Shown here piece after piece: positions 15,511 to 25,694 of a stretch of DNA of 32,000 bases (positions are counted from its first letter, which is position 1; each line of letters starts with the position of its first letter). Source of the stretch: Clostridia bacterium (GTDB lineage: Bacteria; Bacillota; Clostridia; Oscillospirales; Acutalibacteraceae); assembly GCA_017942105.1 (NCBI GenBank), contig JAGAVE010000025.1, positions 1-32,000 of the forward strand. The letters are read 5' to 3'. Below the pieces are notes generated by a model, which was not told where the DNA came from, searched no databases, and saw only the letters and a program-made list of their open reading frames with translations. The translations under genes were made by a program, and so were the position numbers.

Positions 15511-17892
15511 TTATTTTTTAATCTTTTTTGCTTTCTTTTCTGCCAAGCGACGAGCCTTATCAGCCTGTCTTTCAGCCTCTTCCTTCTTCTGAGCTTCAAG
15601 ATTAGCTGCATCCTCAGCCTCAATTCTTGCCTTAGCTTCATCATAAAGAGATGCAAGTTCATCATAATGAGTATAGTTTTCTTTCTCATTAAGCATCTTT
15701 TCAGCGTCAAGATACGGCTTTGCTGCTCTTGCAAAGGTAGCATGGATTTCCATTTCCTTCTTAGACTTCTTCTGCCACTCTTTCTTAGCTTCTTTTTCTG
15801 CCTTAATAAGAGCTTTGATTTCTTTTGCCTTAGCTTTATCCTTATTTTTCTTCGCTTCATCCTGCTTAAGATAAAGCTCTCTGAGCTTCTCGTCGCAAGC
15901 ATCTTCAGCATCGTAATAGCTTTCAAGAATTGAGTAATCAGGCTGAACGAAATCCGAAATCGACTTATAATTAGCATCGATAGCTGTGCGTGATACGAGC
16001 TTATGTCTCGCAACCTCAAGAGCAAAGCTGCGAAGCTCTTTTTCTTCCTGCGTTGACTTAGGCATATTCTTTGCTTTTTCAAGCTCTGCCTTTATATCAT
16101 CTCTGTTTGAATTGAAGAGACCTGCGAGACCTGCATCATAGATCGGTATATTTATTGCAAGCTTAGATTTATATTCATCGCTTGAGAATTTATTAATCTC
16201 CGCGCGAACCATCTTTGAAATCTCGATTTCTTCGTTATTTTTAACAGCTTGTTTATAAGCTTTCTTATCAGCTCTCTTGTCTGCTTTAGAAACAGCAACC
16301 GGCTCCTTATCAGCAAGTTCATCTGCTTCACGGATATAGTCAATTGCTTCAACCAAAGTACGGTCATTTGTTACGCCATTACCGAAATCTTCAAACATAG
16401 CACGGATTTTAAGAATACGGATAATACCCTTATGCTGAGTTTCTTTAAGGTCATAGAAGAAGAACGGCACAAGGTTAAGGAATGCACCTACAGCAGCCAT
16501 AACAATCAACGCTGTAATGATATCACCAAGAAGGCCGGGTTTACCCGTATTGACATCAAGGATATCAAACGGAGAATCCTTGTATCCATTACCCTCATAG
16601 ATACCGTACTTTTCATAAACAAACGGAAGAACGGATGATGTTGCAAGGGTAACCATATTACCGATAGTCTGGACGGTACCAAACATTCCGTCAACACGCT
16701 CACCTGTTTTATACTGATGGTAGTCTCTGATATCTGCCTGGATAGCGGGAGTTGTAATCTGCTCGAATGCGCCGAACAACCAGTTGAAATAGACGCAAAC
16801 AGCAAGCCACCAAATGCTTGACTTGTTAATACCCATAGCAAGAATACAGATAATATTCATCGTATTAATGCCGATAAGAACCCTCTTCTTGCCGAATGCA
16901 CGAATGCAGAACGGAGCAATAATCATACCCCACATTGATGCATTGCCGACAACCGTATTGATAAGACTCATCGTTGAGCCTTCGCAAGCGTGGCCGTAGT
17001 TATATGTCCAGGACATAATATTACCGTATGACGACTCAAGGAAACCGAGCCAGCCTGCAAGCGCAATAATCCAGAAATACTTGTTTCTTGCAACTGAACG
17101 GAAGGAATCCATAAAGTTAACCTGAACAACTCTGGTTTTTGCCTGAACAATCTTTTCTTTTGTATTTGCAAATACAACCGCCGTAAGCGAAACACCGATA
17201 ATTGCAAAAATAGGATAACCTACACGGTAAACCTTGATGTCATAGAGATCATTATTAGTAAGGAACTGAGAAATAAGAGGAAGAATTATGTTTGCAATGG
17301 ACGGAGCAAGCGAATAAACAACGCTCTTGATTGCAAGAACATCGGTTCTCTCCTGCGTATTCGGCGAAAGCACATGAATAAGATTCGTATACGCATCATT
17401 AAAGAAATTGAAGAAGAACTGCAATAACAAGTTAAATATAAGAACAACAACTATTTTTGCTATGTATCCACCGTCGAAACCGAGAATTCTCATCGGGAAC
17501 AGACTGTAAAGCAGATTATACGGGAAATAAACATATCCCAAAACAATAAGCACAGTCGGAATACCCATCGACAAAAGATACGGGCGGTATTTACCGGCTT
17601 TGTTTCTCGTGTTGTCGATCATATTTGCTCTGATTGCTGTCAAGGGAATATTCGCAATCGTCGCAATGAGATAAAGGATATACATATGCGTAGGAGAAAC
17701 ACCTATAGCGCCGCCGACTATCATATTATTAATAGTAACAACAAGCTGGTGTCCCATATAGATGATAAAGTACGCACCGATACCACCGCCTGCGTACGCC
17801 GCAATTTCCTTAAAGGTCATATAGCGGCCCGGCATTGGAATTTTCCAATACACTCTTAAATCTGAAAGTAAGTTTTTTGCCTTGCTTATCAA
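15511..17892 (-). CDS. GPH/MFS-type sugar:cation symporter fused to a charged coiled-coil C-terminal tail of about 311 aa
   Basis: The first ~480 aa hold about 12 hydrophobic segments and a typical GPH N-terminus (YMTFKEIAAYAGGGIG). The tail is K/E/A-rich. The start is TTG with AAGGGG upstream. Confidence 0.8.
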   Translation of the reverse strand: MISKAKNLLSDLRVYWKIPMPGRYMTFKEIAAYAGGGIGAYFIIYMGHQLVVTINNMIVGGAIGVSPTHMYILYLIATIANIPLTAIRANMIDNTRNKAGKYRPYLLSMGIPTVLIVLGYVYFPYNLLYSLFPMRILGFDGGYIAKIVVVLIFNLLLQFFFNFFNDAYTNLIHVLSPNTQERTDVLAIKSVVYSLAPSIANIILPLISQFLTNNDLYDIKVYRVGYPIFAIIGVSLTAVVFANTKEKIVQAKTRVVQVNFMDSFRSVARNKYFWIIALAGWLGFLESSYGNIMSWTYNYGHACEGSTMSLINTVVGNASMWGMIIAPFCIRAFGKKRVLIGINTMNIICILAMGINKSSIWWLAVCVYFNWLFGAFEQITTPAIQADIRDYHQYKTGERVDGMFGTVQTIGNMVTLATSSVLPFVYEKYGIYEGNGYKDSPFDILDVNTGKPGLLGDIITALIVMAAVGAFLNLVPFFFYDLKETQHKGIIRILKIRAMFEDFGNGVTNDRTLVEAIDYIREADELADKEPVAVSKADKRADKKAYKQAVKNNEEIEISKMVRAEINKFSSDEYKSKLAINIPIYDAGLAGLFNSNRDDIKAELEKAKNMPKSTQEEKELRSFALEVARHKLVSRTAIDANYKSISDFVQPDYSILESYYDAEDACDEKLRELYLKQDEAKKNKDKAKAKEIKALIKAEKEAKKEWQKKSKKEMEIHATFARAAKPYLDAEKMLNEKENYTHYDELASLYDEAKARIEAEDAANLEAQKKEEAERQADKARRLAEKKAKKIKK

Positions 17893-18077
17893 ATTTTCAA
17901 CCCCTTTTTAAATTAATGTGCATGAGCCTAAAAAAGCACACACACTTCCATGTATACCATAGTATTTTAACACATCCGAACTTTTTTTGCTACAGATAAA
18001 CTTGAAAACGCAAATTTTTGTTTAATTCGTCCATTATCAACCTTCAAAACTATTTATTTTCAACAACAAATTTACTG

Positions 18078-18995
18078 TTACGGCAATTTATAACCTGCTG
18101 TAAGATAAATATCATACCAATCCTCTCTGGAAAGAGATATATCTGCTGCTTTTGAAATTTCTTCAAGTCTTGTCACATTAATACTTCCGACCACCGGTTG
18201 CATCTTTTCAGGCAAACGGAGAAGCCAGGCAATCGCAATTCCCGTATCCGTCGTGCCGTATTTTTCTGCAAGGTTTCTAAGTTTAATATTCAGCTCTTCA
18301 AAATCGGGATTTTCGAGGAAGGTACCGGAGATAAATCCGTGCTGAAGCGGAGACCATGGCTGAACTGTTATACTATTTAGCCTGCAATAATCTCTTAAAT
18401 AGCCGTCATAGTTTATTCCGTCTCTGTTCTGCAGGTTAACATTCGCTCCGCTACTGATCATCGTTGCATTAGTGATACTAAGCTGCATCTGATTTATTTT
18501 AATATCCTGCTTCACGGCTGTTTTGAGAAGTTCGATCTGCGAAGCACTGTGATTCGACACACCGAAAGCTCCGACCTTGCCACTTTCGTAAAGATAATCG
18601 AAAGCTTCTGCCACCTCTTCAGGCTCCATAAGCAAATCAGGACGATGCAGAAGAAGAACATCAATCTTCTCAACACCAAGGCTTTTAAGCGAATTATCGA
18701 CTGAATTTAAAATATGCTCTTTTGAAAAATCATACATTTCCTTGCGTATTCCGCATTTGGTCTGGATGATTATTTTATCTCTCAGACTCTTGTTTAGAGC
18801 AAGACCCGATCCGAAAACCCTTTCGCACTCACCGCCACCGTAAATATCAGCATGATCGAAATAATTATATCCAAGCTCGACAGCTTCCGAAATGTATCTT
18901 TCGGCTTCAGATGCACTCATATCTGCAATACGCATACATCCGAGAGCTACCTGAGAAACTTCGATATTTTCTGAAAAAGTTTTAATGTATTTCAT
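18078..18995 (-). CDS. Aldo/keto reductase
   Basis: LGCMR...YNYFDHADIYGGGECE...LLHRPD pattern, with GGAGG as the RBS. Confidence 0.85.
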   Translation of the reverse strand: MKYIKTFSENIEVSQVALGCMRIADMSASEAERYISEAVELGYNYFDHADIYGGGECERVFGSGLALNKSLRDKIIIQTKCGIRKEMYDFSKEHILNSVDNSLKSLGVEKIDVLLLHRPDLLMEPEEVAEAFDYLYESGKVGAFGVSNHSASQIELLKTAVKQDIKINQMQLSITNATMISSGANVNLQNRDGINYDGYLRDYCRLNSITVQPWSPLQHGFISGTFLENPDFEELNIKLRNLAEKYGTTDTGIAIAWLLRLPEKMQPVVGSINVTRLEEISKAADISLSREDWYDIYLTAGYKLP

Positions 18996-19068
18996 AATGA
19001 CCTCCGTTTTTGCTTGTTACATAAATCATACTTTATATGAAAGTAATAATCAAGCTATAATTATTCTA

Positions 19069-19097
19069 TTGACGAAAAATAATAATTACTGTATTAT
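19069..19097 (+). promoter_or_regulatory. Putative sigma-A promoter of the GH3 gene (TTGACG-17 nt-TATTAT)
   Basis: Counted directly. Confidence 0.45.
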
Positions 19098-19127
19098 AAA
19101 ATTAAAGTAATGCAAAGGGGTGTTCTT

Positions 19128-21740
19128 ATGAAAAAGAATCTAAAAAAACTACTGTCAGTATTCCTGGCAGTAATTATGGCAACCTCTCTTTTTACAAATT
19201 CTCTTGCAATGAGCGGCGATATTGACCCTGAAATCATTGCGGAGACCTCACAAACAGCCGTTCAGATTGAAGCTGAGGGACTTGTCCTTCTTAAAAACGA
19301 AGATAATGTCCTTCCTCTTGAAGGAAAGAAAATCAATGTTTTCGGCGCCGGCTCAGTTTCTCCTTTCATTGGCGGCTCAGGCTCCGGCAGTGTTATCTCA
19401 GAAGATCCTGTCACCTTCTACGACGCTCTTGAAAATGCCGGCATTGAGTATAACAAAGAGCTTCGTGAGCTTTATGAGAAGCATTGCGGCTCAGGCGGCG
19501 CTCCCAAAACAGACAATACCGTTATAAACAATCTTCTTGCACTTATTTTCGCAAAGAGTTCTCTTGATGAACTAAACCCCAAAAAACTTACTGATGAAAT
19601 AATGAGTTCATCAAAAACATATTCTGATACCGCAGTTATTGTTCTCAGCAGAACAAGCGCTGAAGGTACTGACCTTACCGAAGAAGTTCTTCAGCTCAAA
19701 GACGAAGAAAAAGCTTTACTTGAAAAAGCTGACGCAACATTTGAAAATATCATTGTTCTTTTTAACACAGCAAACATTATGGAAATGGGTTGGCTTGATG
19801 AATACGAGCATATCAAAGCAGCCGCCATCATCTGGATTCCGGGTGAGTTTGGTATGACAGCCGTCGCTCAGATGCTTAAAGGAGATGTTAATCCTTCCGG
19901 CAAGCTCGCTGATACGGTTGCATATAAAATAAGCGACCATCCTTCAAATGTATGCTTCGGCGACAACAAATATGATGGCATCCTTTCAGAATACTATGTT
20001 GAATACCTTGAAGGTATTTATGTAGGATACCGCTACTTTGAGACCTTTGCGAAGGATAAGGTTCAATATCCGTTCGGATACGGTCTTTCTTACACAACAT
20101 TCAAAAAAGAAATCGTAAATTATGACACATCAGGCGGCATCATCAGCATTGATGTTAAAGTAACAAATACAGGTGACCGAAGCGGTAAGGAAACAGCTCA
20201 GATTTATTACAGTGCTCCTTACTACAACGGCGGAATCGAAAAAAGTGCAATCTGCCTTGGCGGTTATGCAAAAACCGACATCCTCGCTCCGGGCGAAAGC
20301 GAAACACTTACAGTAACCTTCAAGGCTGACGAAATGGCTTCTTATGACCATAAGAACACTCAGGCTTGGGTTCTTGAAAAAGGAACATATAAGATTATAC
20401 TCGGTGAAAATGTCCGCGAGCATATCGACAGCTTTGATTACACTGTTTCTGCCGACAGAATCATCAAGTACGACAGTGCAACGGGTACAGAAATTGTCAA
20501 CAGATTTGATGATGTATACAACGGTTTCACCGTTCTTTCAAGAGCAGAGGGTGCAAACAGCTTCCCCGTTTTCAGACAGCTTAAGGCTACGGCAGACATT
20601 AAAAATGTTGACAAGCTTCCCGAACCCGTAACCGAAGGCGAAGCACCGAAAACCGGTGTTGAATACGACGAAGTTATAACCTTACAGGATGTCTACGAGG
20701 ATGAAAGCCTTTGGGATGCCTTCCTTGACCAGCTTACGGTTGATGAAATGACTTATATGGTGATTGACGGCGGATACAACACAAGAGGAGTGGAGCGTCT
20801 CGGTATTCCTCAGACTTGGGACAATGACGGTCCTTCAAGCATAAAGGGTCAGAACGGTCTTGTTTATGATGACAGCGGCACAGCATATCCTTGTGCAACT
20901 GCTCTCGCCTGCACCTGGAATGTTGAGCTTGCCGAGATTTTCGGAACAGGCGTCGGCAAAGAGGCAAAGGATATGGGCACTGATGTATGGTACGCACCCG
21001 GTGCAAATATTCACAGAAATCCGCGCGGCGGAAGAAACTTCGAATATTATTCAGAGGATCCTCTTCTTTCAGGTAAAACGGCAGCAGCAGTTATCCGCGG
21101 ATGCAGCTCGCAGAACCTTGTTGTAACAATCAAGCACTTTGTTATGAATGATCAGGAATCACACCGTGAAGGCGTTTTTACCTGGGCAGATGAACAGACT
21201 ATGAGAGAAATCTACCTCAAAGCTTTCGAAATACCTGTCAAGGAATCAGACTGCCGTGGTGTTATGTCAGCTTTCAACCGTATCGGTGTTAAGTGGTGCG
21301 GTTCAAGCTCAGCACTTCTTAATGATGTTCTGCGTAACGAATGGGGATTTGAAGGATTTGTTGTTTCCGACTATTCGTGGAACTTTACGGGTTCAGGTTA
21401 TATGAGCCCCGTACTTGCTGTATACGGTGGAAATGACACTATTCTTACAGGTATATGGGCAGTCAATGTTATTTCACATGTTATTGCTGTTAAGTCAGCA
21501 TATGAAAGAGATCCGGTCGGCTTTGGAACAGCATTGCGTCAGGCCTGCAAAAACCTCTGCATTATGAAGATGCACACCAAAGCCTTCCTCGAACCGTATG
21601 AATATGACGGTTCACTGGGAAGTTTCCTTGAAAGCCCTGATGAATGGGAATTCGAAAGTCCTTACATCTGGTCAGGAATAAGATATCTGCTCAATAATGT
21701 TGCAAATGTAATTATCTTCTTTGTAGGTAAAATCCTTTAA
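19128..21740 (+). CDS. Secreted glycoside hydrolase family 3 (beta-glucosidase or beta-xylosidase-like) with permuted domain order
   Basis: A signal peptide is present. The GH3 alpha/beta-sandwich comes first, then an Fn3-like domain (KVTNTGDRSGKETAQIYY). The barrel motifs KHFVMND and GFVVSDY lie near the C-terminus. Confidence 0.85.
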   Translation: MKKNLKKLLSVFLAVIMATSLFTNSLAMSGDIDPEIIAETSQTAVQIEAEGLVLLKNEDNVLPLEGKKINVFGAGSVSPFIGGSGSGSVISEDPVTFYDALENAGIEYNKELRELYEKHCGSGGAPKTDNTVINNLLALIFAKSSLDELNPKKLTDEIMSSSKTYSDTAVIVLSRTSAEGTDLTEEVLQLKDEEKALLEKADATFENIIVLFNTANIMEMGWLDEYEHIKAAAIIWIPGEFGMTAVAQMLKGDVNPSGKLADTVAYKISDHPSNVCFGDNKYDGILSEYYVEYLEGIYVGYRYFETFAKDKVQYPFGYGLSYTTFKKEIVNYDTSGGIISIDVKVTNTGDRSGKETAQIYYSAPYYNGGIEKSAICLGGYAKTDILAPGESETLTVTFKADEMASYDHKNTQAWVLEKGTYKIILGENVREHIDSFDYTVSADRIIKYDSATGTEIVNRFDDVYNGFTVLSRAEGANSFPVFRQLKATADIKNVDKLPEPVTEGEAPKTGVEYDEVITLQDVYEDESLWDAFLDQLTVDEMTYMVIDGGYNTRGVERLGIPQTWDNDGPSSIKGQNGLVYDDSGTAYPCATALACTWNVELAEIFGTGVGKEAKDMGTDVWYAPGANIHRNPRGGRNFEYYSEDPLLSGKTAAAVIRGCSSQNLVVTIKHFVMNDQESHREGVFTWADEQTMREIYLKAFEIPVKESDCRGVMSAFNRIGVKWCGSSSALLNDVLRNEWGFEGFVVSDYSWNFTGSGYMSPVLAVYGGNDTILTGIWAVNVISHVIAVKSAYERDPVGFGTALRQACKNLCIMKMHTKAFLEPYEYDGSLGSFLESPDEWEFESPYIWSGIRYLLNNVANVIIFFVGKIL

Positions 21741-21746
21741 TACTTT

Positions 21747-21785
21747 AACAGCATCGATTCCTTACGGTTTCGGTGCTGTTTTTAT
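21747..21785 (+). terminator. Rho-independent terminator after the GH3 gene
   Basis: The stem is aacagcatcg / cggtgctgtt, followed by ttta. Confidence 0.65.
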
Positions 21786-21844
21786 TGAAAATTTTGTCAG
21801 ATTATGATACCATTATGCAAATCAGTTTTTGAGGGGTTTTTCCT

Positions 21845-22951
21845 GTGAAATCAGTTATTTCTTTTATCAAAAAAGAGGCTGTTCTCAGCATTTCGCTTCT
21901 TTGTGCAGTAGTTACAATGTTTTTTGTACCGCCTGACGGACAGTATATCGGCTACATAGATTTGCATGTTCTTTCACTGTTGCTTTGCCTGATGGCTGTT
22001 GTTGCAGGCTTCCAGAGCTGCGGAATTTTCCGTTGCCTTACATATTCGTTGCTGAAAAAATGCAAAAGCGGTAGGTTACTCGGTCTCATTCTCGTTCTGC
22101 TCCCCTTTTTCAGCTCAATGCTTGTTACAAACGATGTTGCTCTGCTTGTTTTTGTACCATTTACCATAGGTCTTCTCGCCGAAATGAAATGTGAAAAATC
22201 TGCAGTTCCGCTTCTTGTTCTGCAGACTGTTGCCGCAAATCTCGGCAGTATGGCAACACCCGTAGGCAATCCGCAAAATCTGTTTCTATATTCAGAATAC
22301 AATCTTACGGTATCAGAATTTTTCTCAACTACCCTTCCGCTGACGGCTTTGAGCCTGATTCTTCTCAGTTTTTTCTCCTTGCCTGTTCTTCCGAAAACAT
22401 TACCGGGAATCGGGTTGCAAAAAGAAAAAATCGAAAAACCGGCTTATCTCGCAATTTACTGCATACTGTTCGTCGTCTGCCTGCTGACAGTTTTTCATAT
22501 CCTGAATTTCACTGTTTTGTTGGCTGTAACAATTATCGTTATACTGTTAATCGACCGTAAAATCCTCCTGAAGCCTGATTATGCTCTTCTTGCTACTTTC
22601 GTGTGCTTTTTCATTGTTTCGGGAAATCTCGGCAGAATAGATGCCGTAAACACTTTTTTAAAGAACCTCCTTAATAAAAGCGCATTACTTACGGCCGCAG
22701 GAGCAAGTCAGATTATAAGCAATGTACCTGCTGCAGTGTTGCTTTCAGGCTTCACAGATAACTGGAAAGAGCTTCTTGAAGGAGTCAACATCGGCGGTCT
22801 CGGAACTCCGATAGCCTCTCTCGCAAGCCTTATAACGCTTAAGCTATATCTTCGTTCTGAAAAAGCAAAGCCGGGAAAATTCATTATTATTTTTCTTGCG
22901 GTGAATGTTATATTCCTTGCTATCTTGTTAATCACAACAATGATATTTTGA
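21845..22951 (+). CDS. Anion or citrate-type permease (ArsB/NhaD-CitMHS superfamily)
   Basis: The protein is polytopic and carries TNDVALLVFVPF and GNPQNL motifs. The start is GTG. Confidence 0.55.
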   Translation: MKSVISFIKKEAVLSISLLCAVVTMFFVPPDGQYIGYIDLHVLSLLLCLMAVVAGFQSCGIFRCLTYSLLKKCKSGRLLGLILVLLPFFSSMLVTNDVALLVFVPFTIGLLAEMKCEKSAVPLLVLQTVAANLGSMATPVGNPQNLFLYSEYNLTVSEFFSTTLPLTALSLILLSFFSLPVLPKTLPGIGLQKEKIEKPAYLAIYCILFVVCLLTVFHILNFTVLLAVTIIVILLIDRKILLKPDYALLATFVCFFIVSGNLGRIDAVNTFLKNLLNKSALLTAAGASQIISNVPAAVLLSGFTDNWKELLEGVNIGGLGTPIASLASLITLKLYLRSEKAKPGKFIIIFLAVNVIFLAILLITTMIF

Positions 22952-22952
22952 A

Positions 22953-22997
22953 AATACCCGTTGAAAAAAGTTTTCTTAACTTCGTTCAACGGGTATT
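22953..22997. terminator. Bidirectional terminator between convergent genes
   Basis: A perfect 13-bp stem, aatacccgttgaa / ttcaacgggtatt. Confidence 0.65.
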
Positions 22998-23045
22998 GAT
23001 TTATTTTATAAAAATATTTTCCAAAGCAGTATCCGACCGACTTAT

Positions 23046-24566
23046 TTAAAATGCTTTACCGTCAAATTCTACTTTTCCGTCAGGAGTAATTACAACACTG
23101 TATGTCTCTAAAGTATTTCCTTCGGGTGACCATCCCGCATCATATTGGATAACATAGTTGCCGTCAACTATCTGAACAACAGGAATATCTGCACCGGTTG
23201 ACGGATTCGAAATTTCTGCAGTAAGATTTGCCGTCCAGAGCACATTACCCGTAAGATCCGTTTTCATAACAGCATCCGTTTTGCCGGGTGAAATAAGAAG
23301 TATACCGTCCTTTAATTTTCTTATACCGCTCTTTGCGCCGACATATTTTTTCTCAACGGCATCTTCACCTGTTTTAGCATCAATGATATACATATTTCCG
23401 TTTGCTACGAGATAGATATGGTCCGCTGTATAGTCAATAACAGCCGATGTTGTTTCATCAAACTCTCTGCTCCACAGTTTTTTGAGCTCCTTGTCGTAGC
23501 ACTCAAGAGTATAGACATTCAGGCTGTGATCAAAAACCTGCAGATAGAAATGCTCAAAATCTGCCGAGAAAGTTATTTTCCTCTCCACCGGCCATTCACT
23601 CTTACAATCAATTATCGAACCACCCAGACCCGCAAAAAATCTGTACTTCGTAAAATTGGCATTGCTTTGATTGTCAAGCTCTGCCGTATAATAAGAGCCT
23701 TCAAAAAACTCATAGTCAAAATCACTGCCAGGCGAATCATCATTTTTAGTGTATCTTATCTTTACATCATCACCGAAAATATGCCTTGCAACAGTTCGTA
23801 TTTCTTCCATAGTAAACATCGGCTCTGACCAATCAAGGTATGAAAAGAACACATATCTGTTTACAAGAACCGTCGGCACTATATAGCTCTTACCGTCAAC
23901 CTCGTATGTATTGACATTCTGATATTTACCGTAAAGAACAAGCGAGTCTCCTTCAATAATACGCGTCTCGGTCTGCTGACCTTTGATTACTGCGTAATTA
24001 CCCGTCGGCTGATAGTAACCGTCCTCGGTTTTAAATGCTTCATACTCAACAAGAGCCGTATATTCTTTTTCATTGCTTTGGATAATTTTTGTTACATAAC
24101 AAATGAAATTTATCTGTGCACCTTCATAAACCTGAGGAAAGCGTTGCAAAGAATTATACGGTGCACGGAAATAGTCTGTATCAAAATATTCAACCAAAAG
24201 CTTCTGAGTCTCATTGAGATTGTCAGCCTCACCTCGAAGCTTAACATTCATAAGCCCGAGACTGTCGTCATTTTCAACACTTTTGGGTGCTCGGGGCGCC
24301 CCTTCGTTTCCAACATCAGCTATTTCACCGACCCCTGTTTTCCCGTCTTCTTTTGAAGACTCAACAACCTTCGGAATAATCAATGCACACGCAACGGCGA
24401 TAGCAACAACACAGACAGCCGCAACAACAGCAACAATTATTTTTTTACCTGATTTCTTTTTCGGCTGAGTAGGAGTTATTTTATTCTCATCTACAAACTT
24501 CACCATACAATAAGGGCAGAATTTACTCTCATCCGGAAGCTCTTTACCGCAATTTTTACACAACAA
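23046..24566 (-). CDS. Zn-ribbon, single-TM protein with a large extracytoplasmic region whose C-terminal part looks like beta-propeller or PQQ-like repeats
   Basis: CKNCGKELPDESKFCPYC, then the TM segment IIVAVVAAVCVVAIAVACALII. The C-terminus has LW...IYLVANGNMYIIDAKTGE-type repeats. The start is TTG with GGAGTG upstream. Confidence 0.7.
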   Translation of the reverse strand: MLCKNCGKELPDESKFCPYCMVKFVDENKITPTQPKKKSGKKIIVAVVAAVCVVAIAVACALIIPKVVESSKEDGKTGVGEIADVGNEGAPRAPKSVENDDSLGLMNVKLRGEADNLNETQKLLVEYFDTDYFRAPYNSLQRFPQVYEGAQINFICYVTKIIQSNEKEYTALVEYEAFKTEDGYYQPTGNYAVIKGQQTETRIIEGDSLVLYGKYQNVNTYEVDGKSYIVPTVLVNRYVFFSYLDWSEPMFTMEEIRTVARHIFGDDVKIRYTKNDDSPGSDFDYEFFEGSYYTAELDNQSNANFTKYRFFAGLGGSIIDCKSEWPVERKITFSADFEHFYLQVFDHSLNVYTLECYDKELKKLWSREFDETTSAVIDYTADHIYLVANGNMYIIDAKTGEDAVEKKYVGAKSGIRKLKDGILLISPGKTDAVMKTDLTGNVLWTANLTAEISNPSTGADIPVVQIVDGNYVIQYDAGWSPEGNTLETYSVVITPDGKVEFDGKAF

Positions 24567-24697
24567 ACCAAATCACTCCGCTACATCATAAAGTTTAACC
24601 GATACCTGCAACGAGATATCGGTTAAATTATAATATTATTTAATAAGATTTACAAGTTCAAGCCGGAATTATTTTTATATTCTTTCCTGAAGCAAAA

Positions 24698-25183
24698 TTA
24701 CTCTTCATATACAGCGTCCAGCATACCAACTATTTCAAGCTCTGAAATCGGCTCGCCGTCAATCTCAACGGTGTAAACCTCAAACTCCCCTTCATCCTTA
24801 TCGGTAAACAAGAACTGAACAACACATTCAACTTCTTCGTCATAATATGTGCATCCGCCTGTAAACTGAACGACCATACCCTTTGATGATTCAAACTCTT
24901 CCCACTCACCGTTTGAGAAAAAGTCCTCAAATGCCTCACCTATTGTTTCGCCGGGATAAGCCTTAAGTTCACCCGTCTTCACCGTTTCGACATAATCGGG
25001 ACTAGACAAGAAAACAAAAACAACAACAGCTATTGCAATTGCACAAACTGCACCTATTACAATACCGATAATTTTCTTTTTCTTACTGTCATTTTTCTCT
25101 GTCGGCTGCGCATAAACCTGAGCGCCGCAGCTACATACCGTCATATTGTCCTGAAGTTCTCTTCCACAATTATTACATTTCAT
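24698..25183 (-). CDS. Zn-ribbon, single-TM protein with a small extracytoplasmic domain
   Basis: MKCNNCGREL...CSCG followed by a TM segment. GGAGGA lies upstream of ATG 25183, so the start at 25213 was rejected. Confidence 0.7.
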   Translation of the reverse strand: MKCNNCGRELQDNMTVCSCGAQVYAQPTEKNDSKKKKIIGIVIGAVCAIAIAVVVFVFLSSPDYVETVKTGELKAYPGETIGEAFEDFFSNGEWEEFESSKGMVVQFTGGCTYYDEEVECVVQFLFTDKDEGEFEVYTVEIDGEPISELEIVGMLDAVYEE

Positions 25184-25197
25184 AACATTATCCTCCG

Positions 25198-25659
25198 TTA
25201 CTGATTTTGACAATTAATTTGATTAAGATTATTTGCGTTGTTAACGCTGTTTGCTGCATTAAACCCAGCTTCCAAAGCATTAAAAGCCTGTTTGTTTGAC
25301 ACGACAAAATTTCTCGTCAGAAAACTGAAAACACAAGCGACTACACCTATAAGACCTCCTACAAGTGTGTTATAGACAAGATTAATTATAAGCGGAGACA
25401 GAGGTTCAAATTTAGCAACTATTCCGACCGGTTGCATAACAACATTCTGCGCATACTGCATATCTTCCTTAGAAATTTTAAAATTTCTCGCGGCAATAAG
25501 CAACACAACTCCTCCGTATAATGCTCCTTCGAATGCTCCTTCAACAAGATTTATAATCAATGTTGCAACGCCTATTACAACTTGCAGCACTGCTATAATT
25601 CTCCACACCGTCGCTTCTGTTTTAATCTTTTCTGACAGTTGAAAAACCAAATGGTTCAA
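25198..25659 (-). CDS. Small membrane protein with 3-4 TM helices
   Basis: The profile is hydrophobic. The start is TTG with AAGGGGGGA upstream. The stop abuts the RBS of the next gene. Confidence 0.55.
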   Translation of the reverse strand: MNHLVFQLSEKIKTEATVWRIIAVLQVVIGVATLIINLVEGAFEGALYGGVVLLIAARNFKISKEDMQYAQNVVMQPVGIVAKFEPLSPLIINLVYNTLVGGLIGVVACVFSFLTRNFVVSNKQAFNALEAGFNAANSVNNANNLNQINCQNQ

Positions 25660-25694
25660 ATTCTCCCCCCTTGCCGATAAATAATCGCGGAATC

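Noticed and set aside
15441-16082. A 213-aa K/R-rich ORF on the minus strand, plus the plus-strand ORFs 15667-15933 and 16249-16638
   Set aside because: These are frame-shadow artefacts of the AAG/GAA-rich tail of the symporter gene. The symporter frame is continuous from the TM domain to the stop at 15511.
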